DNA of 64,000 bases from an uncultured Acidobacteriota bacterium (GTDB lineage Bacteria; Acidobacteriota; UBA6911). The position numbers were made by a program, and so were the translations under genes. The stretch lies in assembly GCA_963809485.1 (NCBI GenBank), contig CAWEJX010000006.1:256001-320000 (forward strand), given 5' to 3'. Shown here piece by piece: positions 56,165 through 64,000 of this stretch. The notes under the pieces are model-generated. The model was not told the origin of the DNA, made no database searches, and saw only the letters and a program-made list of their open reading frames with translations. How positions within the stretch are numbered: the first letter of the stretch is position 1; each line of letters starts with the position of its first letter.

Positions 56165-56352
56165 ATAAATCGGATAAATCGTTAAATCGTGGTAAATCGG
56201 GACACCCACGAGGGGTTAAATCGGGTTAAATCGTGGACACCCACGAGGGGTTAAATTGGGGACACCCGTATAAATCGTGGACACCCGTATAAATCGTGGA
56301 CACCCACGTGTAAATCGGGGACACCCGTCGAATGTCCCCCGTCGAATGTCCC
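56165..56352. repeat. Irregular tandem array of TAAATCG(TG/G)GACACCC units
   Basis: Ten TAAAT(C/T)G and six GGACACCC copies. Confidence 0.9.
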
Positions 56353-56726
56353 ATTGAATCGCTGTCCGGTTAAGGACGGGGTGAGGTGCTGTAACTTGTT
56401 ATTATCTTTGATAATGTGAGGAAATAGGCTAATAACCGATTTGAAAGGAGATTGAGGAACTCGGAAGGAGTTCGGACACCCAATCATCGCCCAATTATCG
56501 GAGACTGGGAGTTGGGGTTTGAAGCCCAAAAAAGTCTATGCACTACGACCGTCAATGTAATTGACGTTGATCACTCTTTACCGTCTCTTTAATAATCATG
56601 GGCAATTTCGCGTAACCACACGGCCCGTAATGCAAATTTTGCATCGCTTGAGGCGCATTGTGCAAAAAGTGCGTGCCCAAATTCCCCCAAATCCCCATTT
56701 TCCTTGGAAATCATGGGGAAATGAAC

Positions 56727-56741
56727 TGGCATGCATATTGC
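56727..56741 (+). promoter_or_regulatory. sigma54 -24/-12 promoter
   Basis: TGGCATGCATATTGC; upstream palindrome TGCAAATTTTGCA near 56631. Confidence 0.7.
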
Positions 56742-56832
56742 CTACATTATGGCTGCGTGCAGTTCATTAGGGGCCGCAAGGCAACATGCCTCCGGGGAGT
56801 CCCGGACGGTGCAACAAAGAAAAGAAGTAAAT

Positions 56833-57162
56833 ATGTTCAGAAAAACACTTGGTATTACTGCTGCGGCTGTTATCGCTTTGGGGATGCTGACTGTCGGACC
56901 GGTGTCGGCTGCGCAGGCTTCAGCGCCTTGCGCTGTGCCTGGAGAAGGGCCCCGTGATGGCAGCGGCCAGGGACAGGGGCTTCGCGACGGCAAGGGCAAC
57001 GGGCCGCGCAACGGTCAGGGGTATGGTCCGAGACGCGGCCAGGCTCAGGGCTTGCGAAACGGCAGCGGCCAGGGCCAGGCAATGAAACAAGGGCGTGGTC
57101 GAATGCTTCGCGACGGCAGCTGCGTAAATCGGGGCCTGCAGCCCGGCGCGGGAAAGCCATAA
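56833..57162 (+). CDS. Secreted Gly/Arg-rich repeat protein
   Basis: Signal peptide; G(P/L)R(D/N)GxGxG repeats. Confidence 0.7.
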   Translation: MFRKTLGITAAAVIALGMLTVGPVSAAQASAPCAVPGEGPRDGSGQGQGLRDGKGNGPRNGQGYGPRRGQAQGLRNGSGQGQAMKQGRGRMLRDGSCVNRGLQPGAGKP

Positions 57163-57213
57163 ATCAGTAAGCCGTGCTCAAACTGCGGAGTATTGAGTTG
57201 GCGATCTTAAATG

Positions 57214-57256
57214 ACCGGCAGGGAACAGACGCCGTCTGTTCTTTGCCGGTAAATTT
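57214..57256 (+). terminator. Intrinsic terminator-like hairpin
   Basis: ACCGGCAGGGAACAGAC-GCC-GTCTGTTCTTTGCCGGT. Confidence 0.65.
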
Positions 57257-57282
57257 TCCTTCCCCTGCATGTCCCATGCTGG

Positions 57283-57602
57283 TTCCATCTTACCAGCGGT
57301 CACGGCGAACAAGCTCCTGAAGCGGGCGCCTTTTCTTCGGGCCCGGAGCGTCGGCCGCGTAGCCGCGGGGCGTGAAGGCTAAGGGAATGACATCGGGCGG
57401 CAAGCCCAGCACCTCGCGCGCGGCCTTGGGATCGAACGCGGCGATCCAGCGGGTTCCCAATTCTTCGTCGGCCGCAGCCAGGACCATGTGCGTCATGGCA
57501 ATGGCCTCATCAACCTCCCCCGCATTCCAGTTGTCGTAGTTCCGCACCCAGCTTTCGCCTGTGACGACGCAAACCGCGAGGACAGGCGGCGCCGGGGTGA
57601 AC
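57283..57602 (-). pseudogene. 3' fragment of nitroreductase; direct repeat of 61559-61878
   Basis: Aligns codon for codon with the intact copy. Confidence 0.9.
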
Positions 57603-57650
57603 TGCGGGCTGTGGATCGCTGAAGCAATTCACGGCCGGCTTCTGTCCGGC

Positions 57651-59786
57651 CTACATGTTAAATCTAAGGCCGCCTCGATACGTGCGGCCTGCGGATGGAA
57701 ACAGGTATAGTGTCTCGTAGTACCTGTTCAGCATGTTTTCAACCGCAAAATAAACGCTGAATCCGCCGGGAAGTCTCTGGCTGATCTTCGCGTTCAACAG
57801 CACATAACTGCCCAGTTCTCCCTTTGTCGCCAGCAACACTCTGTTGTCGGCCGGATTGTAGTGGTCGTAATAGGTCGCTCTCGAGAAATAGGCGCCATAA
57901 AGATTTGCTTCGAGACCAACAGGGAATCTTTGTCTGAACTCGAAATCAATCTGGTGAGAGGGACGATAGGGAAGCTCTTCCGGGCGATACTCGAGGGCGG
58001 ACCAGTACTGATTTGTAATCGTAACTAGAGAATCGGCCCGCGCTCTAAGAAACGTGTAAGCGAGGTAGGCGTCCGTGGAATCCGTAAGGCGGCCGCTCGC
58101 GGTCAATTCAAACCCGGCAATGGATGCTTCAGGGTACTGCTCAAACCGCCCGATCTGATTGTCGAGGCTGATCATATTCTTGATATCGTTGTAGAAAAAA
58201 GACCCGCCCAGCTTCCATTTGTCGTTCACATCGACGCTGGATCCGACTTCCACGCTGATGTTGCTCTCTTCTTCCAGATCCGGATTGCCCAGGGGGCCTA
58301 CCGTCCCATCCGCATACAGGTTCCGCATGGTCGGGAAACGCATTTTGCGCCCGACGGACCCGTACAAGCTCACGCGGGCTGAGGCCGCGAAGCGCAATCC
58401 GATCTGAGGGCTAATGGAATTGATGTCTTCTCCCGGCTCCAGGTCGGCGGAATCCTGAAATCTTTCGCGCTTATCCAGGTAATCGAAGCTGACGCCCGGC
58501 GTCATAGTGAGTTTGTTGCTCAGCTGGATCTCATCCTCAATTCCGACGGACCACGTGTCGGAAGAGAGGCGATCTGTCGGAGAGTCGGCGAAGGTGCTCT
58601 GATGGACATCCCGCCGGAAATTAAAGGAAGCCCGCAGCTCATTCCTGGGGATTCCCTTCCAAAAGGCATAGCCGCTGAATCCAAAGTCATAGTCGTCGTA
58701 AAGCGAGCTTCCCGACGCCGGGCCGATGCGGTCCTGGGTGGTATAGCTGGGATCGTCGTAAGCGTCGAGAAGGTTGTCGTATTTATCGTAATAAAATCGG
58801 CCTTTGACGGTCAGGCTGTCCGAAACCCGGCTTTCCTCGAGCACATTAAACATCGTTCGGTCCCAGTCCGTGAAGCGCCAGTATCGGGGGAAGTAGTAGA
58901 ATCCTTTCTTGTGCTCGCGATAGACCGAAGCGGGCGGGACGCCGTACTTATTGTTATAATGCTCGAAGGATACCCCGAGAGTGTTCTTCGAATTGAGCTC
59001 CACGGTCGAAGTAAGAGTGAATGCTGTGCGCGAATAGTCGCCGTTGTCGCGGCTCCCCGAATCGGGTGCGAACGGGACATTGGGCAGGGAGGGAGGATTG
59101 GCGGGCGACGCTTTCATGCTGTTGAGAACGGATTCCGGAAGCGTAAAGTTTCGGGCAAGCGGGTAGCCATTGCTTTCGCGATGGCCAAAAGCGGCAAAGT
59201 AGCTGAAAGGGCCCCTTTTCCACCCGTGCCCTACCTGAATGTTATGGGTCGCGTATTGGCTGCCCTCATATTGAGCGGAAAGGCTCGGTTGTTCCTCGCC
59301 GTGCCTGGTTATAATGTTGATAACGCCGCCCATTCCGTTCGCGCCGTACAAAACGGAGCTGAGCCCTTTGGTCAACGTAATCTTGGCAATGTTCTGCACC
59401 GGAATATCGCCCAGATTAATCTGTCCCTCATAAGGGATGGAAACAGGGATGCCGTCCATGAGGATCAGCACCTTCTCCTGCTCGAATCCCCGCACGGTTA
59501 CCTGCTCTTCAAGTTTGGACCGACCTACGCGGAAATGCACACCCGGCAACAGTTCCAAAGCCTCCCCGAGGTTGTTGACCGTGCGGGCCTGGATCTGTTC
59601 GGCCGTTATTTCGGCAATGGTCGTGGGGCTTTCCTGGGGCTCCAGTTCTGCCGTCACGGTAACGACTTCAAATAAATGGATAATAGGATTTTTCTTCTCT
59701 TCTTCCGCGGGCTGCTGCGCATATGCCCACGCACAACAGGCGAATAGCGACACAAGAAACACGTTTATTCCTGTAGTTTTTCTCAT
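57651..59786 (-). CDS. TonB-dependent receptor
   Basis: Signal peptide, VVTVTA box, plug region with YGANGMGGVINIIT, C-terminal GRTYRGGLRFNM. Confidence 0.92.
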   Translation of the reverse strand: MRKTTGINVFLVSLFACCAWAYAQQPAEEEKKNPIIHLFEVVTVTAELEPQESPTTIAEITAEQIQARTVNNLGEALELLPGVHFRVGRSKLEEQVTVRGFEQEKVLILMDGIPVSIPYEGQINLGDIPVQNIAKITLTKGLSSVLYGANGMGGVINIITRHGEEQPSLSAQYEGSQYATHNIQVGHGWKRGPFSYFAAFGHRESNGYPLARNFTLPESVLNSMKASPANPPSLPNVPFAPDSGSRDNGDYSRTAFTLTSTVELNSKNTLGVSFEHYNNKYGVPPASVYREHKKGFYYFPRYWRFTDWDRTMFNVLEESRVSDSLTVKGRFYYDKYDNLLDAYDDPSYTTQDRIGPASGSSLYDDYDFGFSGYAFWKGIPRNELRASFNFRRDVHQSTFADSPTDRLSSDTWSVGIEDEIQLSNKLTMTPGVSFDYLDKRERFQDSADLEPGEDINSISPQIGLRFAASARVSLYGSVGRKMRFPTMRNLYADGTVGPLGNPDLEEESNISVEVGSSVDVNDKWKLGGSFFYNDIKNMISLDNQIGRFEQYPEASIAGFELTASGRLTDSTDAYLAYTFLRARADSLVTITNQYWSALEYRPEELPYRPSHQIDFEFRQRFPVGLEANLYGAYFSRATYYDHYNPADNRVLLATKGELGSYVLLNAKISQRLPGGFSVYFAVENMLNRYYETLYLFPSAGRTYRGGLRFNM

Positions 59787-59811
59787 ATAAGCTCCCTAGC
59801 CTTGGATTTGC

Positions 59812-60834
59812 CTATCTCACTTCGATTTTCTTGATGCGTTTGACAGAACGGCCGCCGGTACTGTCCTCACCCGTGATGGACATGGCGAATCCATCCTCCG
59901 ACGACAGTGGTTTCCCGTCTTTCATTGTGGCAATGACAACCTGATCACCCAGACGCGAATTGAAAAGCTCGCCAAAGGAGTAAGTCGCACAATAGCCGTC
60001 ATCACTCGTTATCAGCACATAGCGGTTGTAGGGCGCAGGATCCGGTATGGTCAGAGTTTGTTTCAGCAGAGTGGACAAGGGCACGCCATCCAGGGAATGG
60101 ATGCCATGGAACCCCTCGCAGTCACCGATCAAAACCGCAGCAGGAACATGCACCGTGGGAAGAGCCTTGAGGTCGGCGGGTTTGAGCACGCGCTGCTTTC
60201 GATCGATCTGGTCGATCAGAGTGAACTCCGTACTTGGAGGCCGCACTTTATTGTTCGCCTTGTCTTCATATGCGAGGAGTTCGACGTCCGCGCGGGCGAC
60301 CCGTATTTCAGCGAGGTCGGCCATCATGCGGCCGTCGTGAATGTCCGTCGCCACGACCAGCGTCAGGGGGCATGATTTACCATCACGCTCATAGGCGATT
60401 AAAATGCTGCGCCCGATGCTGGAGTAAAAGATTTCACCGAACGAGAAGACGATTTCCCGGCCGCCTTTGTTCAGGACCAGGACAAATACTCCCGGTTCCC
60501 ATTTGCGCTTGTGTTTCATGCCGGCCTTGTAAAGGACATCCCTCAGCAGGACGCCGCGAAATGTCGTCTGAGTAACGCGTTCCTCATCCTTCCTGTCGCG
60601 CACCCGTTCCGGGATCACGGGCACGTCCCGGATGAGAAACGGCGGCATTGTCTTTATGTCTGCCGTGGATAGCGACAGTTCGTTCAATACTTCGCCTCTG
60701 ACGGTGACAGAGGCTTCCTGCGGCCAGGCTTCACTTGTTGCTAGGACTGCGATAACCAAAAGGTAGAATACGGTAGAGATCACCCAGCAGGCTTTCCGAG
60801 CCTGCGCACGATACAAATTGATTACAGAGGACAT
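59812..60834 (-). CDS. Exported two-domain protein resembling the molybdopterin-oxidoreductase (SO-family) fold
   Basis: Repeated GVxLxxxL ... (F/Y)SFGE(I/L)F ... DGK. Confidence 0.6.
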   Translation of the reverse strand: MSSVINLYRAQARKACWVISTVFYLLVIAVLATSEAWPQEASVTVRGEVLNELSLSTADIKTMPPFLIRDVPVIPERVRDRKDEERVTQTTFRGVLLRDVLYKAGMKHKRKWEPGVFVLVLNKGGREIVFSFGEIFYSSIGRSILIAYERDGKSCPLTLVVATDIHDGRMMADLAEIRVARADVELLAYEDKANNKVRPPSTEFTLIDQIDRKQRVLKPADLKALPTVHVPAAVLIGDCEGFHGIHSLDGVPLSTLLKQTLTIPDPAPYNRYVLITSDDGYCATYSFGELFNSRLGDQVVIATMKDGKPLSSEDGFAMSITGEDSTGGRSVKRIKKIEVR

Positions 60835-61122
60835 TGGACGCTCCCTGTGAGAATGCGGCAACCACATCGTTGCCGCCCTCTCAAGGGAGGTTTATCAGGC
60901 AGGTAGAATCTCCTGCAGAATGGTTCCCTCGGGGAGATGCAAGGACGCGGCTTGGCCGGCCTTCAGCATTTGCACGCCGTGCAACCGGTGCCGGGTTCAG
61001 GTTTTTCTTATATACTTCACCATGTTTAGCCTCGCCTGCGGATTCTAACATAGACAACCGGGTTCACAAATAGAATGCTTGTCGGCACTGAGAGGAGGCG
61101 GTCTTTGAGCCGGAAGCTGACG

Positions 61123-61460
61123 CTATTCTCCCAATTTTAAAATGTGTATCTCCTGAACAGCCTTGATGGCGCGATCGGAGAAGAAATCGGCACTGGGGAA
61201 TACGGAATAGCGTCCACCGTCCTGTTCCTGACCCTGGTCGATCAACAGGAACTCCGCCTGATCGTTGCGGTTGCACAATTCGCTATAGGCCAGAGCTATG
61301 CGATAGCCGTCTGCGCCGATTAGGACGAAGTATGCCGTCTTCATTATTTCGGACGTAGCTGGTATGTGCTGCTGCAGGATTGCTTTCAGCAGGTATCCGG
61401 AAAACATCTGGTATCCATGGAAGCCTTTGCCGCCGCCCGTTAAGCGCGCGATCCTGCGCC
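61123..61460 (-). pseudogene. C-terminal fragment paralogous to 59812-60834
   Basis: GFHG, ADGYRIALAYSEL, DRAIKAVQEI. Confidence 0.55.
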
Positions 61461-61565
61461 TGCTCTGCCATCCGGACAAAAATATTGCAGCCTCCCTGTC
61501 GAGAACCTCTTGTGCGCAGCATTGAAGCCTGTCGGCGCCGGCGCCTTCTTCACGCTGTTTCCATC

Positions 61566-62078
61566 TCACCAGCGGTCGCGGCGGACAAGCTCCGGAAGCG
61601 GACGCCTCTTCTTAGGTGCCAAAGCGTCGGCCGCGTAGCCGAGGGGCGTGAAGGCTGAGGGTATGACATCGGGCGGCAAACCCAGTACCTCGCGCGCGGC
61701 CTTGGGATCGAACGCGGCGATCCAGCAGGTCCCCAATCCCTCCTCGGCCGCAGCCAGGACGATGTGCGTCATGGCAATGGCCGCATCAACCTCTCCCGCG
61801 TTCCAGTTGTCGTAGTTCCGCACCCAGCTTTCGCCTGTGACGACGCAAACCGCGAGGACAAGCGGCGCCTGTGTGAACCATTCGCGCCCGTAAATCCGGC
61901 GCAGTTCCTCCTCGCGGCCTTTCGTGGAGAGGACAAGGATCCGGAAAGGCTGGCGATTGGCTGCCGTGGGCGCCAGCCGAGCCGCCTCGAGTATACGGGC
62001 CAGCTTTTCGTCTTCCACCCGATCGGGCTTGTACGCCCGGACACTGTATCTTATGCGGATCAGTTGCTGAAAATCCAT
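61566..62078 (-). CDS. Nitroreductase family protein
   Basis: RYSVRAY, APTAANRQP, GLGTCWI. Confidence 0.92.
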   Translation of the reverse strand: MDFQQLIRIRYSVRAYKPDRVEDEKLARILEAARLAPTAANRQPFRILVLSTKGREEELRRIYGREWFTQAPLVLAVCVVTGESWVRNYDNWNAGEVDAAIAMTHIVLAAAEEGLGTCWIAAFDPKAAREVLGLPPDVIPSAFTPLGYAADALAPKKRRPLPELVRRDRW

Positions 62079-62106
62079 TGCCGACCTCCGCTGGCAGAAT
62101 CTTGAG

Positions 62107-63180
62107 TTAGCGACCCGTGACGAAATCGTAACTCGGCGTCGATGTATAGCTGCCCGTCATACCTATCGAAAAGAACAGGATTGGAGCGTCGATGCGCTTG
62201 AACCGGATAGGACAATGCTTCAATCCCTTCGGCACGAAGATCAGGCAGCTTTTGCGGATCAGATATTTTTCTCCGCCGAGCCAGAACTCCATCTCTCCAC
62301 CCAGGTCTTGAGGGTTCTTCTCACCTCCCCTTGTTCCAACGAATCCGATAGCCTCGTCAAAATCGTGGGAATGCTCCACGACACTGTTGCCTCTTGCCGA
62401 CCCGCTCCACAGCCAGGCAAAATCCGTATAAAAGGCCCCGGGCACCTGGTCGAGGTCCAGCAGCCGTGTTCCCCTGACAGTGGAGCCGATTTTCCTGTCT
62501 TCCTGCATTTGCTTCTTTTCCGCTTCCGGCGACACCTTGGAGTAGTTCACACCGTAGGAGATATACCGGGCATAGTTGCGTTCCGCGCTCTTGGCATCGA
62601 TAAACTTCGTATGCGTCAGCGAATATTTGGCAGTCTGCCCGAAGGTGAAAAAGAGAACGGGCGCATTGTCAATCCGGTTAAAACGAATAGGGATGTGTTT
62701 CAATCCCTTCGGCACGAAGATCAGGCAGCTCCTGTTAATCAGATATTTTTCGCCCCCGAGCCACATCTCCACTTCGCCGCCTAACGCGCGGGGATCCTTT
62801 TCTCCCTGGCTTCCGATAAGGCCGATCACCTCGTCGAAGTCATTGTAATGCTCCCCGTCATCCAGGTAGTCTTTCGAATATCCCTTGCCCATCCAGTTGA
62901 GGTCTATATAAAAGGCTCCCGGAACTCTGTCGAGATCCAACAGAGGCGTTATTTTGATCGTCGAGTCAAATTTCCTCGGTGGTTCAGCCGGCGGAGTCGA
63001 CTCCTTGGGAAGCCACTTGGCTTTATCCACATCATAGGAGATATATTTGGCATACTTCTGTTCGCCGCTCTTATCGGCCTGGCCCTTCTTACCCGACTGG
63101 CCCGGAGCAAGAGTTGCCAAAACCGACACGATGAGCACCAGCGCTGCGAAAAGCCCGAACTTTTGAATTGCCTTAGGCAT
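62107..63180 (-). CDS. Secreted tandem cupin-like protein
   Basis: Signal peptide; two copies of EHxxDFDE...LGGE(V/M)E.WLGGEKY...FVPKGLKH.P. Confidence 0.75.
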   Translation of the reverse strand: MPKAIQKFGLFAALVLIVSVLATLAPGQSGKKGQADKSGEQKYAKYISYDVDKAKWLPKESTPPAEPPRKFDSTIKITPLLDLDRVPGAFYIDLNWMGKGYSKDYLDDGEHYNDFDEVIGLIGSQGEKDPRALGGEVEMWLGGEKYLINRSCLIFVPKGLKHIPIRFNRIDNAPVLFFTFGQTAKYSLTHTKFIDAKSAERNYARYISYGVNYSKVSPEAEKKQMQEDRKIGSTVRGTRLLDLDQVPGAFYTDFAWLWSGSARGNSVVEHSHDFDEAIGFVGTRGGEKNPQDLGGEMEFWLGGEKYLIRKSCLIFVPKGLKHCPIRFKRIDAPILFFSIGMTGSYTSTPSYDFVTGR

Positions 63181-63213
63181 GTCACATCCTCCTGAAGCTG
63201 AAATAATGATTAC

Positions 63214-63609
63214 ATTGGCAAACCCCCGGCTCTGCCGGGGGACTCAAAGAGTTTGACAGCTCCATATTTTGAAACGCTGAGAAACGCTGATAAAAGCGCT
63301 GACAAACGCCGATTTGTTCGGCGAGGGTCGGTGAGCAAAAGCCGATGAGGCGCTTCCGATGAAGTTTTCTGCGGCGGCACTGTGGCAAACGCCCGGTTTC
63401 TCATACCCTTCATCTCCCTGCCGCACGGCGCTTGCCACAGTGCCGCCACAGAAAACTGTCCAGCGCGGAGCGCTGGCCCCTGCGGGGATCGGAAGCGCCT
63501 CATCGGCTTTTGCCCGCGTAAGTCAGCGTTCAAAACCGGCGCAACTCCTCCAACCGCTTCGAGCGGTTCAAATCTTTCAAGCCTCCGGCTTTGCCGGAGG
63601 TGCCTGACT
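63214..63609 (+). mobile_element. Non-autonomous IS200/IS605 derivative (PATE/MITE-like)
   Basis: Left hairpin CCCCCGGC-TCT-GCCGGGGG, right hairpin CCTCCGGC-TTT-GCCGGAGG then TGAC; no transposase. Confidence 0.75.
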
Positions 63610-63811
63610 GCCGCCCCAGTAATCGGATCGCTGCACCACGGCGGATAGGTCGCACACGTTGAGCCTTTAGATTTACTCGGCCCTATCCCCGGGGTTAGAA
63701 CCATTCATTACATGCATCCCTGCTTCCGGGGACTACATAGCGCCTTAATGACCCGTATTTTACTAGGATATTAAAAGAAGGATATAAAGAATTGTTGGGA
63801 TATATGGAAGT

Positions 63812-63961
63812 CAACTCGGACTGGCCCGCGCTTATGCCGCACAGGGGGACCTGGCCAACGCCCGGATCGCCTGCCAGGACCTTCTGTCGATCTGGAAAGA
63901 CGCCAACCCCGATCTGCCCGTTCTGCAAAAAGCCAAAGCGGAATACACAAAACTGCAGTAA
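63812..63961 (+). pseudogene. C-terminal TPR tail relic of an acidobacterial-type kinase/regulator
   Basis: QLGLARAYAAQGDLANAR...WKDANPDLPVLQKAKAEYTKLQ*. Confidence 0.7.
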
Positions 63962-64000
63962 ACATCCTGCCCTATGGATACAGTGCAATATATGATGCAT

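Noticed and set aside
56165-56352. Possible CRISPR array
   Set aside because: Units are short and irregular, there are no unique spacers, and no cas genes are present.

Overview
Bacterial DNA, probably Acidobacteriota (inferred from the Ser/Thr kinase-propeller family and a TPR-tail relic). 1-12.3 kb is intact core genome: mfd (partial), rfaE2, cdaR, cdaA, folP, ftsH, tilS, hemB, hemL, a CNNM/CorC protein and carD. An ISAs1-type element with a 10-bp target duplication follows. At 15105 is tRNA-Leu(CAA), whose 3' half recurs at 19115, 22248 and 43748, defining a tandem array of integrated elements. Units 1 (3.9 kb) and 2 (3.1 kb) have no integrase and unrelated cargo, yet share a ~230-bp end module with arm-type repeats and IHF-consensus sites. 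Unit 3 (21.4 kb) is a decayed prophage-like island with its own arm repeats, a broken tyrosine integrase, a split C5 DNA methyltransferase with several C-terminal modules, lysis-type genes, IS elements and inserted cargo. Beyond 43.8 kb is accessory metabolic DNA (AKR, AprA/AprB-like pair, ADH, MFS, TonB receptor, nitroreductase) and IS200/IS605-derived non-autonomous elements. Cargo genes repeatedly sit between diverged direct repeats or dif-like sites. Protein calls come from motif recognition and identities were counted by hand; no searches were run.
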